64,000 nt of DNA from Octopus bimaculoides (Eukaryota): contig NC_068996.1 in assembly GCF_001194135.2 (NCBI RefSeq), forward strand, positions 54,981,617 through 55,045,616, given 5' to 3'. Position numbers and translations under genes: made by a program. The notes below the pieces were generated by a model that worked only from the letters and a program-made list of their open reading frames with translations, was not told the DNA's origin and did no database searches. How positions within the stretch are numbered: the first letter of the stretch is position 1; each line of letters starts with the position of its first letter. Shown here piece by piece: positions 13,079 through 27,345 of the stretch.

Positions 13079-14356
13079 TCAGGTTGTCCCATAAGTTCTG
13101 TCTGATTTTACCTTTTTAAAAATTGAATGAAATTTAATAATATTTTAGAATGTCTAATGGAATTAAAAATTATTTTTATGCATTTGTGTACATTTAAATT
13201 AATTAAATATTATTTTACAGAATAATAGAATTAAAATTTCTTTCTAACATGGAAGTATCCGAAGAGCATTTGAGGCACATAATGCTTTATGAGTACAAAA
13301 AAGGAAACTCAGCAGCCGAAGAGACTCGAAACATACACTAAGTTTATGAGAAAGAATACTTGAATGAAAGAACTTGCAAAAGATGGTTTGCAAAATTCAG
13401 AAGTGGAGATTTCAGCCTTAAAGATGAAGATCGAACAGGATGTCCAGTTGAGTTTGATGATAANNNNNNNNNNNNNNNNNNNNNNNNNNNNNNNNNNNNN
13501 NNNNNNNNNNNNNNNNNNNNNNNNNNNNNNNNNNNNNNNNNNNNNNNNNNNNNNNNNNNNNNNNNNNNNNNNNNNNNNNNNNNNNNNNNNNNNNNNNNNN
13601 NNNNNNNNNNNNNNNNNNNNNNNNNNNNNNNNNNNNNNNNNNNNNNNNNNNNNNNNNNNNNNNNNNNNNNNNNNNNNNNNNNNNNNNNNNNNNNNNNNNN
13701 NNNNNNNNNNNNNNNNNNNNNNNNNNNNNNNNNNNNNNNNNNNNNNNNNNNNNNNNNNNNNNNNNNNNNNNNNNNNNNNNNNNNNNNNNNNNNNNNNNNN
13801 NNNNNNNNNNNNNNNNNNNNNNNNNNNNNNNNNNNNNNNNNNNNNNNNNNNNNNNNNNNNNNNNNNNNNNNNNNNNNNNNNNNNNNNNNNNNNNNNNNNN
13901 NNNNNNNNNNNNNNNNNNNNNNNNNNNNNNNNNNNNNNNNNNNNNNNNNNNNNNNNNNNNNNNNNNNNNNNNNNNNNNNNNNNNNNNNNNNNNNNNNNNN
14001 NNNNNNNNNNNNNNNNNNNNNNNNNNNNNNNNNNNNNNNNNNNNNNNNNNNNNNNNNNNNNNNNNNNNNNNNNNNNNNNNNNNNNNNNNNNNNNNNNNNN
14101 NNNNNNNNNNNNNNNNNNNNNNNNNNNNNNNNNNNNNNNNNNNNNNNNNNNNNNNNTGATTTTACCTTTTTAAAAATTGAATGAAATTTAATAATATTTT
14201 AGAATGTCTAATGGAATTAAAAAGCTTGTAAATAGATGGAAGGAAGTCATAGATAATCAGGGAAAGTACATTGATGATTAAATTTCAATTAAATATAACA
14301 TTTGATCACTTGTTTTCTTTATTCAAAATTCGGACAGAACTTATGGGAAGACCTGA
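13079..14356 (+). mobile_element. Mariner (Tc1/mariner) element spanning an assembly gap
   Basis: TA|tcaggttgtcccataagttctgtc ... gacagaacttatgggaagacctga|TA terminal inverted repeats. N-terminal transposase MEVSEEHLRHIMLYEYKKGNSAAE...TCKRWFAKFRSGDFSLKDEDRTGCP and C-terminal GIKKLVNRWKEVIDNQGKYIDD*. Confidence 0.92.
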
Positions 14357-14993
14357 TAGTATTCTGCATTTTTCTTTTTTACAAAACAGTATATTTTCAT
14401 TATTATCAATATTCGAAATTAAATACATTCTCTTAGGACTAGATATGAATTTGAAACAACTGCTAACTAACTACATGACTTTTTGTTTGGTAACAGTGTA
14501 TGCCATCTTGGGAAAGTGTCTTCAACTACATACTATAGAGATGGATCCAATAAAGCCTTGGGAGTGGATTTAGTTGATGGTAACTAAAAGAGAACTGTGT
14601 ATATGTGCACGGGAGCCAGTCCAGCGGCACTGGCAACGACCTTGCTCGAATGGCACCCCAACGACAACTATCCCCCTTGGTTAATTACCCCTTCTCCAAT
14701 ATATTAAGTTTTAAATCATCATCTGTTGTCCTCGGGGGTAATTGTCCATGGAGGGTAAATGCCCTAGACTCATATATGTATGTGTGCATGTCTGTGTTTG
14801 TCCCCCCGCCATTGCTTGACAACCGATGCTGGTGTGCTTATGTCCCCGTAACTTAACAATAGAACAAGTACTAGGCATACAAAGAATAAATCCAGAGGTT
14901 GATTTTCTTCTACTAGACACCCTTAAAGGTGGTGCTCCAGCATGGCTATAATCAAATGACTGAAACAAGTACAAGAATATAGATATCTGTGTA

Positions 14994-15054
<61 letters not shown>

Positions 15055-15087
15055 GCATATGTGTGTGTGTGTGTGTGCGTGTGTGTG

Positions 15088-15119
<32 letters not shown>

Positions 15120-15660
15120 TCTTTTATTTGCTTCAGTCATTAGACCATGTCCATGGGGTGTCACCTTGAAGAACTTTTAGTCAAATGAACTGACCCATCC
15201 ATTTTTGTTCTAAAGCCTGGTACACATTGTATCGGCCTCTTTTGCAAAACCATTAAGCTATATTATGCATGGAAGACAAATGTTAAACGGTGATGATGAT
15301 GATGATATATATATATATAAATGTATATACATATATATTGCGGAGATGTACTTGCATAGCAAGTGACCTGATCTGAGATTGTGTGCTGGAACGAAAACAA
15401 TTGCAGCGTGGAAGGTGTTTATAAGCCATTTAAAATAACACACAAAATCCATTAGATTCACTTCAACATTTAAATTTAATTTGTCAAAATATTTTCGTCG
15501 CTTTGAGACCGCGACCTGTTCACTGACAAAATTCTGCAAAGCTTACAAAAAATACAACACAGAAAGAAGGTAAAAAACAAAAACAAAAAAACTGGTATTC
15601 ATTCAACACTCAGGAAATGTCCACAATATTTCAAGTATTCACTATTCAGCTGATTATATA

Positions 15661-16810
15661 TCATCATCATCGATTAACGTCCGCTTTCCATGCTAGCATG
15701 GGTTGGACGATTTGACTGAGGACTGGCGAACCAGATGGCTCCAATCTGATTTGGCAGTTTTTACAGCTGGATGCCCTTCCTAACGCCAACCACTCCGAGA
15801 GTGTAGTGGGTGCTTTTACGTGCCACCGGCACGAAGGCCAGTCAGGTGGTACTGGCAATGGCCACGCTCAAAATGGTGTATATTATGTGCCACCTGCACA
15901 GGAGCCAGTCCAGCAGCACTGGCAACAATCTCGCTCAAATGTCTTTTCACGTGCTAGGAAGGCGACGCTAGTAACGATCACACTGAAATGGTGCTATTTA
16001 CGTGCCACTGGCACGGAAGCCAGACAGCTGCTCTCTCAACGATCACGCTCGTACGGTGCCCTTAGTGCTCCACTGGTGCAGGTGCCATCACGATTTCGCT
16101 TGCCCCAACAGGTCTTCGCCAGCCGAGTTTAGTGTCCAATGAAGGAAAGGTACGCATAAGTGGGCTGGCTAGATTCCTGGCAGAGGCCTTGGATTTTGGT
16201 CTCACTTGGCTTGCTGGGTCTTCTCATGAACAGCATATTTCCAAAGGTCTCGGTCAGAAGTCATTGCCTTCGTGCTTCACCACCTCATCACAGGTCTTCC
16301 TGGGCCTGCCTCTTCCACAGGTTCCCTCAACCTCTAGGGTGTGGCACTTTTTCACACAGCTATCCTCATCCATTCTCGCCACATGACCATACCAGCACAA
16401 TCGTCTCTCTTGCACACCACAACTGATGCTTCTTAGGTCTAACTTTTCTCTCAAGGTACTTACACTCTGTCGAGTATGCACACTGACATTACACACCCAT
16501 CGGAGCATACTGACTTCATTCCTTGCGTGCTTACACATGTCCTCAGCAGTCATGGCCCATGTTTCACTGCCATGTAGCATGGCTGTTTGTACACATGCGT
16601 CATACAGTCTGCTTTTTACTCTGAACAAGAAGCCCTTTGTCACCACCAGAGGTAAGAGTTCTTTGAACTTTGCCCAGGCTATTCTTAATCTAGCAGCTAC
16701 ACTTTCAGCGCACTCTCCCCCGCTACTAACTTGGTCACCTAGGTAGCAGAAGCTATCAACTACTTCTAGTTTTTCACCCTGGAGTGTGGTAAAGGTTGTA
16801 TTTTGCACAT
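15661..16810 (-). mobile_element. RTE-clade LINE, 5'-truncated
   Basis: ORF 16254-16808: EKLEVVDSFCYLGDQVSSGG...ARLRIAWAKFKELLPL...LYDACVQTAMLHGSETW...RLCWYGHVARMDEDSCVKKC...GRGRPRKT; same 3' UTR and (CAT)n/(GAT)n tail. Confidence 0.93.
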
Positions 16811-16814
16811 TTCT

Positions 16815-17021
16815 TATTTTTTACTTGTTTCATTCATTAGACTGTGGACTTGCTGAGACACCGACTTTTTAGTTGAATGAAACAAACCCAGTACTTTTTT
16901 TTTTAAAGCCTAATATTTACTCTATCAATCTCTTTGCTGAACCACTAAGTTACAGGGATACAAACACACCAACACCAGTTGTTAAGTGACAGAGGACAAA
17001 CATAGGTACAAGACCCTCCCC

Positions 17022-17064
<43 letters not shown>

Positions 17065-17210
17065 GATAGGCTTCTTTCAGTTTCTGTCTACCAAATCCAC
17101 TCGCTATGCTTTGGTCAGCCTGAGGCTATAGTAGAAGACACTTGACGAAAGTGCTATGCAACGGGACTGAACCCAGAACCATGTGGTTGGGAAGCAACCT
17201 TCTTACCACA
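16815..17210 (-). mobile_element. SINE family A
   Basis: Same head, core and tail as 17656-18047. Confidence 0.85.
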
Positions 17211-17655
17211 TATATATCCTCATTGTTTTAACATCTACTTTCCCATGCTTGCATGTGTCAGATGAGAATACATTGGGACTAGTTTTTTAAAAGCCAAATG
17301 CCATTCTTGTTGCTAATACCTACACGAGTCCAAGTGAGGCAGTAACCTTCCAGTCTATCAAACAACAAACAGCCCAAACATGTTTTTTACTGGTAGAACC
17401 AGAAACGAGCAACACCATATGTTTACAAAGATCAGGCAACATTCCAAGAAGCCCTGACACATGTCTTGTCATGCAAACAATACCATCAGGATGCTATTGT
17501 TTACAAACCAATGACTGCATGAGAGGTACAAACTCACTATGTGTGCATGCACAGATCACATTTTCTAGGGCCATGCTGATGTACAGGTGATCAGCATTAT
17601 CCTGGAAAGAATTGCTTCATAAGTCAAAGTACCACCAAATATAAAACCATAGTTT

Positions 17656-18047
17656 ACTCTTTTACTGGTTTCAGTCATTTAACTGCGGCCATGCTGGAGC
17701 ACCGCCTTTAGTCGAGCAACTCGACCCCAGGACTTATTCTTTGTAAGCCTAGTACTTATTCTATCGGTCTCTTTTTGCCGAACCGCCAAGTTACAGGGAC
17801 GCAAACACACCAGCATTGGTTGTCAAGCGATGTTGGGGGGACAAACACAGACACAAACACACATATATATATATATACACATATACGACGGGCTTCTTTC
17901 AGTTTCCGTCTACCAAATCCACTCACAAGGCTTTGGTCGGCGAAGGCTATCGTAGAAGACACTTGCCCAAGGTGCCACGCAGTGGGACTGAACCCAGAAC
18001 CATGTGGTTGGTAAGCAAGCTACTTACCACACAGCCACTCCTGCGCC
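17656..18047 (-). mobile_element. tRNA-derived SINE family A (Octopus-type), complete copy
   Basis: Head gcaggagtggctgtgtggtaagtagcttgcttaccaaccacatggttctgggttcagtcccactg (A/B-box-like), central (TA/TG) microsatellite, tail ...catggccgcagttaaatgactgaaaccagtaaaagagt. Confidence 0.9.
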
Positions 18048-19574
18048 TGGAAAAGAAATTACCAATATCTCAAGATGCTTATGATTAAAGATCCAGAGTA
18101 ACTGAGGTACATATAGGGGGGGGGTCTTGGTCAGAAAGAGAAAGATGAAAGGGTATTGGATTGATGGAGAAGCTCTGGAGAGAGGACAGTGCAAGGGAAT
18201 GGTGGATAACTGCAAGCAAGTGGGTATCCCAAATGGTGACATGAGAAGCATAATAGGATAAATGGGTTAAGGAGACAGATAGAGGGACAAGTAGATTGAT
18301 AAAGATGGGCCAATACACTATCATATGAAGGATGGAGATAGGTAGTGTGTTGGGAGGTGGTACAGCAAGGTGGCTATTCATAGTTTGCAAGTTTCATAAA
18401 CACACACATATATATACATCCCCCATGCATACATATGTATACATACATGCATATACAAAAGTTGTTCATTTGGGAGTTTTGTTAAATTGTCCACATACTT
18501 CACACTTTCAAAGATGAGTGGAATAAAACGTCTTTTACAAGCAAGGGTTAGTAACAGGAAGTGCATCTGGCTGTAAAACAATGCCTCGATAATCTATACA
18601 CCTAACCCATGCTTACATAGGCACACATGTTCACACACGCATCTCACTAATTACTCCAAAGTTGGTTTGTAGGTTGACTTCTGTCACACTTTACATCATA
18701 TAGAGAGGTGAGAGAGAGTAAAAGAAAGATACAGAGGGAGTTAACACAGGAGGTTCAGGATGAATGTGCATACTAGGATTGGTGGCAGACAATGAGTAAT
18801 GAAATGCCATAGTCAGAAAAATTCATGGAAGAAGAGAAGGAGTAAATGACTAGTTATGAGTGGAGTCATACATATGAGAAATTTGTTTTGTTTAATTTTA
18901 TTTTAAGGAAATTAAATATTTCTCTTTTGAAAATTATTTTTCATTTCATCGTTTTGAATAATTATCAAGAAATTTTTATAAAACATCAAATTGTAATTAT
19001 CATAATTATGCCAAGTATCCTGATATTACCTATGGTGATGAAATTATATTACAAAAGTTCATATGAAGGGTAATATATGTGCGTGTGTGAGTGTATATGA
19101 GAGAGAAGGCAAGACAGCTAGATAAATGTATTTTTATACATCTGCTACCAGTTAACTTTCCCTCTCCTTGGAAACGCTTTCTTTTGATAGCCATCCTTCA
19201 TTCTTGAGAATGTTCCTCTCCATTCCCATTTTCCACTGAACACCACTTTGTCTGCAAGTCATCACTCCCTGTCTTTTAAGCCACTTCTAAGTGACGCCCA
19301 TGCCTCATTTTTAACATCTCCTATTGACTACCTCTCATCTTTGTAGACAAACTCTTGCTCTCCACATTACTCACCTGAACATCTCCACCCCTTTCAATAT
19401 ATATCTCACCCTTCTACCACAATCCTTTATCCAATCACCCCCCCCCCCCCATCTACTATACTATTCTGCTGCTCTTCAATTTTTCTGCCAGTCATCACCT
19501 CCTCTCCTCTCAGCTATTCTAATCACCTTGCCTGCCACTCATACTTACCACCATCAACCCTCCAAACCTCAATC

Positions 19575-19945
19575 TTATTCTTTTACTTGTTTCAGTCATT
19601 TGACTGCGGCCATGCTGGTGCACTGCCTTTTTAGTTGAACAAATCAACCCCAGGACTTATTCTTTGGAAGCCTAGTATTTATTCTATCAGTCTCTTTTGC
19701 TGAACTGCTAAATTACGAGGACATAAACACACCAACACCAGTTGTCAAGTGATAGTGGGGTGGGGGACAAATACAGACACACAAATAGATATATACATAT
19801 GGTGGGCTTCTTTCAGTTTCCATCAACCAAATCCACTCACAAGGCTTTGGTTGGCTCAAGGCTATAGAAGAAAACTTGCCCAAGGTTCCACACAGTGGGA
19901 CTGAACTTGGAACTATGTGGTTGGGAAGCAAGCTTCTTACCACAT
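19575..19945 (-). mobile_element. SINE family A
   Basis: Same head, core and tail as 17656-18047. Confidence 0.85.
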
Positions 19946-22266
19946 GTCCATGAACATCTATTGTTCACTTTTCACCCCTAACCCATTTCACACACACTGA
20001 TTTTTTTGTCCCCATACTCTCCTCTTCATCTTCATGTACTTTGAGGATATACTTTGATGCCTCATCATCACCTTGTTTATCTCTTCAGTTCCACCACCAT
20101 AACTTCCACCCACCCTTACATAATGCAAGGTAGCCACATATCACTTGTAATCATCATCATAATTTAACGTCCGCTTTCCATGCTAGCAATGGGTTGGACG
20201 ATTTGACTGAGGACTGGCAAACCGGATGGCTACACCAGGCCCCAATCTGATTTGGCANNNNNNNNNNAAACCGGATGGCTACACCAGGCCCCAATCTGAT
20301 TTGGCAGAGTTTCTACAGCTGGATGCCCTTCCTAACACCAACCACTCCAAGAGTGTAGTCATGTGGTTGGCATTACAAAGGACTTCCTGTCATAGAAGCC
20401 ATGCCAAAACTAAGACAATGGAACAAGACATGATCCTCCAACATGTTGGATCCTGTTAAACCATAATCCATCCAGGACGGAAATGGACTTGAGATGAAAG
20501 GATACATGTATCTATAGTTATAAATCTCTCTCTCTCTCTCTCTCCCTCCCTCTCCCTCTCTCTAAAGGATCCAATATGCCCAGAGACTGTCAAGTTCCAA
20601 TGACTGCTCTTGCAGAGTTTGCTGTGATTGGATACCCTTCCTATCACCAGACACTTTGCTGAGTGTACCAAGTGCTTTTTCCATGGCACCAGCACAAGTG
20701 AGGCTACCAAATAACTCAAAAAATAGATTTTTTTAAATTATCAACTGAGTGGCAGTGTTGTAGATAGGTAGGTCTTACGTTCAAAGAGACTAAAATGTAA
20801 CAGAGACAGATATCTTCCTGAGAGGAAATACATAGCTACCCTGCATTATACAAAGCCAGATGGGAGTAGCTGGAAAGAGAGACAAGGTGTATGGTTAACT
20901 TTGCAAGAGATTGAAAGGAAAGTTACAGATGCTTAAAGAGGTGAATGTAGTGGATAGTATTAGAGAGTTGAGACATGGTAGGTAATTTACCAGATTTTGG
21001 AGAGAAAGTGATAGGAAATACAAGTGGAGGTGTGATGGCATACAGAAATGGTGGAGAGCAGCAGAACAAATCTTGGGAGATAGGGATTGGGTAAAAATGT
21101 AAGGAGGAAAAAGAGGCACAGTAAAAGAGATGGAAAGCAGAGGTAAATAAGAGTGATTAGTAAACAAAGGAGGGGAAAATTGGTGGCAGACATGAGAAGG
21201 TGTTAAGAATAAGGTGTAGCGGTCATAAGATGTAGCTCAGGGAAAAGTAGTGATAACTGTTGGCAGAGAAGGAGTAAACAGTAGGAAAATATATGGGAGA
21301 GGATGATATCGAAAAAGAATAGGTGATGAGAAGTGGTTCCAGGAAGAGAATGACTAGCAATATTAAAAAAGGGTTTGAAATAGGTAGTTCTACACTCAAA
21401 ACAACAGCAGCTGAATAGTACCATCATTAGAGGAAGGATGGGTAACAAGATGAAAGAATGATAAAAGGGTTGACAGGGGCAGGTTGGGTACCTTGTTTTG
21501 TGCATATACATGTAAACATAATGCTTTTAGGGCTACATTTTCACAATCATGGGTGTGGTTTTTTGAGTATAGTCAATTGTGCTTTGTCATCTTTTATATG
21601 AAGCTCAACATCCAATGATCAGCATTCACTACTTCATCCTACATCTTCCTCTTCTACGAGTCCTAACTACATTTAGCACTCAGCACTGCTTTATATAATT
21701 GCCTCAACAATACATATTACAGAATTAAACCAATGCAGCCTCTCGCAAGACATCTGATTTTTGTCATTCCTAATATCTCTCTCAACAAATTTGTACCTCA
21801 TTGTACATGTCTTTGCAACCCAAGCCTCACTAACATGTAGCATTGCTATTCATACACAACCATCATGCAATCTTACACTCACAGAGAGGAGGGGAGGAAG
21901 AGAGAGCATTTAGTTACCAACTGGGGTTATAACTGAACTTTTGCCAACCTGTTCTTACTCTGACTACTATACTCTTAGAACATCCTCTTCAACTGTCATT
22001 AGGTCACAAAGGCAACAGAAACTATCTACTACCTCTAGGAAGCCTCCAGGTCTTTCAAAGAAATTTATTTTCCATGTTCTTAGAGTTTCAAAATTCAAAA
22101 AGATTTTTTGAATGCTGTTATGCTATGTCACAAACTGAGAAATTCCACAAAATGCTGGGAACATCCCAAATCAGGTGAGTTAACCACTTAGCAGTCTTTG
22201 TTGTCAGCACATGTCCTCTGCTATAGCCTCGAGTTCATCTGGCCCACACAAAACTGAAGTAAATTC

Positions 22267-22324
<58 letters not shown>

Positions 22325-24127
22325 CACATGTGTTTGAGTCTCTTCCTGTTGTCATTGTAGGCCAGTTGTAAACAAATGACATCTTCATATTAGCAGTGCT
22401 GTTTGGGCATGTTGCCACCAGGAAGGGTATCCATGTATGGAATATGGATGCTAAATGATTACACACAAATGCATTTATATACATCAAATGATGCTGTTTA
22501 ACTTTATACTCAGTTCTTCCCAACTGAAGGAAAAAAAATCAAAGCATGTCAAGTACCACTCTGAGACATACTAGCAATATACATTGAGAAACCTCTGCAA
22601 TACTTTATGGACTGTCTCACGAGAGTTTATCAAAAAACCATTATTTTGAAGATTTCAAAACTGCTGGACCTTGATTTTGGGCATTCACCCACCATTACCA
22701 AGAATTGTGAACTAGAGGTAACACAACAGTTCGCAAATGCGAGATCTACCATCACAGTCAACCTCTCTCAAAAGTCAGAAATTAATGGATGCATTGGAAG
22801 CGTAACCTCAACACTTTCTACTAACACTGCTTGAAAATAGATCTTAGTCACTAATGAGGTCCTGGTTTACACTCAGATTATCCAGCCTTCTCAACAACTC
22901 TGGCTGGGCCTCATATACTGCAGATCAAAAGACCTGCTGCAAGGAAAATGGCATCCAGATATGGAGACTACTATCTTTATTTGGAAGATACCTACAAGGC
23001 ATGACAACACTGGCAGAAAGCAGTACATATACTCACAATCAACACGACTCCAACCCGACTGAAGCAAGACATTCCATGATCTCATGAGATTAACAAATAC
23101 ATCCAACGTATGCAAACATATTAAAATGTGTACATAATGTATATCATTACTCTGTTAATGTTGGAAATCTGCCCTTCCATGCTTACATGGACCAGACACA
23201 ATTTATTGAGGCAAATTTTCTATGACTGTTGCCAACCCTTACCAGTTTTCAAGCAAGGTACTATTTCCATATGGTCAGACATGTTTTTCGCAGAAGATTA
23301 GAAAAGAACAACACCATCACTTATATGATGGTGTCACATCATTTAGAATCATTGTGATGTCAAGACAAGGAGTTACACAAATATAAATATAGTTTACATC
23401 TATAAATCCATGCACAAGAATTTGGTTGACCAAAAGTTACAGTAGAAAATACTTGCCTAAGGTGCCATGCAGTGGGACTGAACATGGAACCACATGGTTA
23501 GGGAGCAAGCTTCTTCATGACACTGCCATACCTGTACACGAATACAATATGTATAAATGTTCGTATTGTATATATGCATACATATACAATATATGCACAT
23601 CCATTCGTGTGTGTATATCCACATATACATAGCTGTATGGTGAAGAAGTTTACTTCCATCCATATGATTTGGGACTCAGTCCCACTGCATGACACCTTGA
23701 ACAAGTATTTTCAATCTTCTATGAAAACATGTACAACCGTAAGGAAATATTACCTTGCTTGGAAACAAGCGCGAGTTTGCAACGGTCGCAAAAAAAAAAG
23801 TCTCCCACATACAATCATGGAAAAAAGCAAAAAAATGTTTTTAATACACATACAGGCACAAAGGGAAGCATTTCAATATACACCATCGGATTTAATTTTC
23901 CAATCCTATTTGAATCGTATTCAATGTTATTTATTTGTGGATAATTGAAACTAAGTATAGCAGTTCCCCAATTGCAATTGCTTTTTTATTCATATTGAGT
24001 ATTTGATTGATTCTTCAATAATGAAAGGAACAGAGAAATTAGTTCTCCGTCTACAAATCTAATATGTAATCTTTATTTGAAATAAATCCCAATGCAATAC
24101 TATTATTATTAATTAATAAACAGCGTG

Positions 24128-24345
24128 AGACGGCGAGCTAGCAGAATTGTTAGCACACCGGACAAAATACTTAGAGGCATTTCTTCCGGTTTTACGTTCT
24201 GAGTTCAACTTCCGACGAGGTCGACTTTGCCCTTCATCCTTTCTGCGTTGATAACAATAAATACCAGGTGAGTACTGGGTCGATCTAATCGACTTACACC
24301 CTCTCCCAAAATTTCGCCTTGTACCTGAAGCAGAAACGATTATTA
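24128..24345 (+). mobile_element. tRNA-derived SINE family C
   Basis: ggcgagctagcagaattgttagcacaccggacaaaatacttag...ttctgagttcaacttccgacgaggtcgactttgcccttcatcctttc... Other copies at ~8385-8600 (-), 10865-11047 (-), 35675-35870 (+) and 53275-53700 (+, interrupted). Confidence 0.8.
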
Positions 24346-27345
24346 AGAAACAAAGTACCTCGACATTTGTCAGAAATACATTTTTGGTAAATATTATATT
24401 TACAGCACAACAAAGTCTAACCTAGTGATTAACCAAATATAATCACATCAGGAATCTTGCAAATATATATACATACATACATGTGTGTGCATGTATATGT
24501 ATACATACACACACGTCACCAATGGTGATTTTAGTTTTGAGAGAATATTTCCGTTAAAAACATATTGCGAGTTGTTCCAATCTTTATAAGTTTCGATACT
24601 GCATAGCATTTATTATTTATCCAATTAGGGTAAATAAGACAGCTTTATCTGCTACAAAAAAGAAATTATATGTCATCCGCAAAAAGACGACAACATTCAT
24701 CTAGTGCTATTTTAGTGCTAATGGAATGAAACTCTGTTAACAGATATCATCAGGAAGCTTATATATATATATAGCCTGGATCTCTGAACCATCTCCACCA
24801 TCTAACTGGTAATTTTCTATACAATTTGACGGATGTCTTATTATTATTTTTCGATTTTGCTACGTCTCTCACAGGGACACACACAAAATTGAAGACTCCT
24901 TAATCCATATAACGGTAAAAGCTCATCAGTTTCAGAAATTGTCAACGTTAGGCTTAGGTTTCCTAATTTATTCGACAATTAATTTTTAATAAGGATTCTT
25001 ATTTTATGTCGAAGTCACATATCTTAGGATGAACTGAAAGAGAGACGTACATGGGGAAAAATTTGGAAATTAAATTATACTGGAAAAAAAAATATTTAAA
25101 AAAAAATCATATATATATATATATATATGCATATATAAGGTAGAATTTTGGAATAACTATCCTCGAATCCCTGTACCACAAGGGAAAGAAAAAGGGTAGT
25201 TCTATTTTTCCCCTTCAGTTTTAGGTATACCTATGTTTTTCTATACGAGAGATGCGATTCTGTAAGACATTTTTTTTAAATGCTTGCATCCCCACATTCC
25301 CTATCCTATGAGGCATGGGAGTTCGAAGGACAGCTACCCCAAAACTGAATTGATGGAAGATCAGCAGCGGATTAAGAAAGTGCAAGCACGAGAGAGGTGA
25401 TACTTGAAAAACCAATGAATTAACTTGATATGGTTTGGCACTTGCAACCAGATCCTACTCCAAAGAACAAAAGAGAGATTGCAACAAGAATCTCGACAAT
25501 TTTAGATTAAATAATAACCAATAGAATGAACAAACACGCACACACACACACACGTGCGTGTGTGCGCGCGCGAATGGGGGGGGGCTTCTCGAGTATCCAT
25601 TATGCGTAAAAAACACAGGTTATCTAATATTTATAATTGGTCTATTAAAAATCTTCCTCTTAAAACATATTGTTATTTGACCCGAGATGAATTTTCTCCC
25701 GAATTTATTTAGTAAATTAGTTTTTTGTTTGTTTTATTTATTTTTTATTTTTACCGTTGTAAAGTTAACATTTAGGTAAACTTATTCTGAAATAGATTCA
25801 CTGCTGCGATATGATGAATAATAAATAAAAACGATTTAAATGAAATGGAAAAATCAATGCCGAGATACAATGTATCTATTAGACACGAGATGTTAGAGTC
25901 CAACTCGCACCCCTCTATTTACATAGTTGAGAGTAAAGAAACATCTGTGAGCGCAATATTCTTTTTTAGTTATTTTTCAGGTTGAGTCACACGTATTTAC
26001 TATTCTAAATATATCGAATGCTAATAAACTTTAAAAAATACAAAATCAGAAATGCTTAGAATCAAATGTATCAAATTATCATGTACTTTTTCAAAATAAA
26101 AACTAATTAAATAGCAAGATGGATGCAGAGAAATTACAAAAGGGTATCTAGCATAAAAATAACCCTTCAAAATGGCGAAACCATGAAAGAAATGAGAAAA
26201 AAAATTCAGAATACCGTATTCTGGTACGGTACATGTTTAAAAAATAAATCAATAATAGTAATGGCATGGCAGCCGTATGGTGCGTGGGGGTCGTACAATG
26301 ATTATAAAAATAAATTAAACTCAACAGATGAAAATGCATGGCTAGCTTTTTCTTCTTTTTATTTATATGAAACTCATTTCGCTCAAATTTTATAGAATAA
26401 AACTGGATTTTATACTAAGGTCTGGGGAAATTATTTACCTAAAATTTGAAGACACAAATAAAACCTAGAATTTACGGTCAGAATATATATAATGTATTTA
26501 AGGCACAAGTAAAATTTAAAATTACAAGTTTACATATGAATTTAACAATTATTCTAACTTTTTAGCATGTAAACCGATAATTACATGGAATTATTTCAGC
26601 AATTATAAAAATTAAAAAAACAGCCAGTAACATGAAGAATATTAGCTGAACCATGACTTTTTTTTGAAGTCTCATTGCGTTGAAATTAAAGAGTAATAAA
26701 TATCTTTAAAAAAAAACATCTGCTATGTTTATATAAAAATCTTAAAAACATTATAAAGCAAAATCAAAACAAATATTACGATTAACAAAAATAATTGTTC
26801 TCGAGAAAATAATATCGGCGGGAAATATAGGTAAATAAATTCACAAAAATTACATCCACCCAGGAAAAAAAATGTTTACGGATAACCATTGCGTGTTCTT
26901 TAGCAAACAGTATCACTACTTCGCAGATATATTATGCATAATTATATATAATATGTAGTGTTGGTGTTTAATTAAAAAGCAAAAGTGGTTAATTAGTGAA
27001 TAAAAGGTGATTACACAATTTATAAGCGACTGGAACAAAAATAAGGATTTCAAATTCATGAGGCCTAAGTGATTTCAATGACCTGAATCTCTTTTCTTTT
27101 ATGAGAAATTCATTCGTTATTACATTCAATTATTGTTCTGTTTGTTAAAACGAATCAATTGTGGTAATATTGAAGGAAATAATGTTGAAAAATACGATGT
27201 TTCTTTTAATGTATCATCTTAGGCGACGGAAACTGCTTTATGCCAAAGCATTACGGCCAGAAAAGTATGAAGATTATCAACAGTGGATTGTAAAAACAAA
27301 TTAACCAAAGTATGTTGAACAAATGATGGAGAACAACTTACTTAC

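Noticed and set aside
15822-16030. GC-rich repeated units (gtgccac...ggcac) that superficially resemble a CRISPR-like array
   Set aside because: They are the internal subrepeats of the RTE LINE 3' UTR, present in every copy, with no unique spacers or cas genes, in a eukaryotic context.
20221-20300. Apparent direct duplications around the 10-N gaps (also 42464-42473 and 44722-44731)
   Set aside because: Identical sequence on both sides of a small gap is typical of unmerged overlapping contigs.
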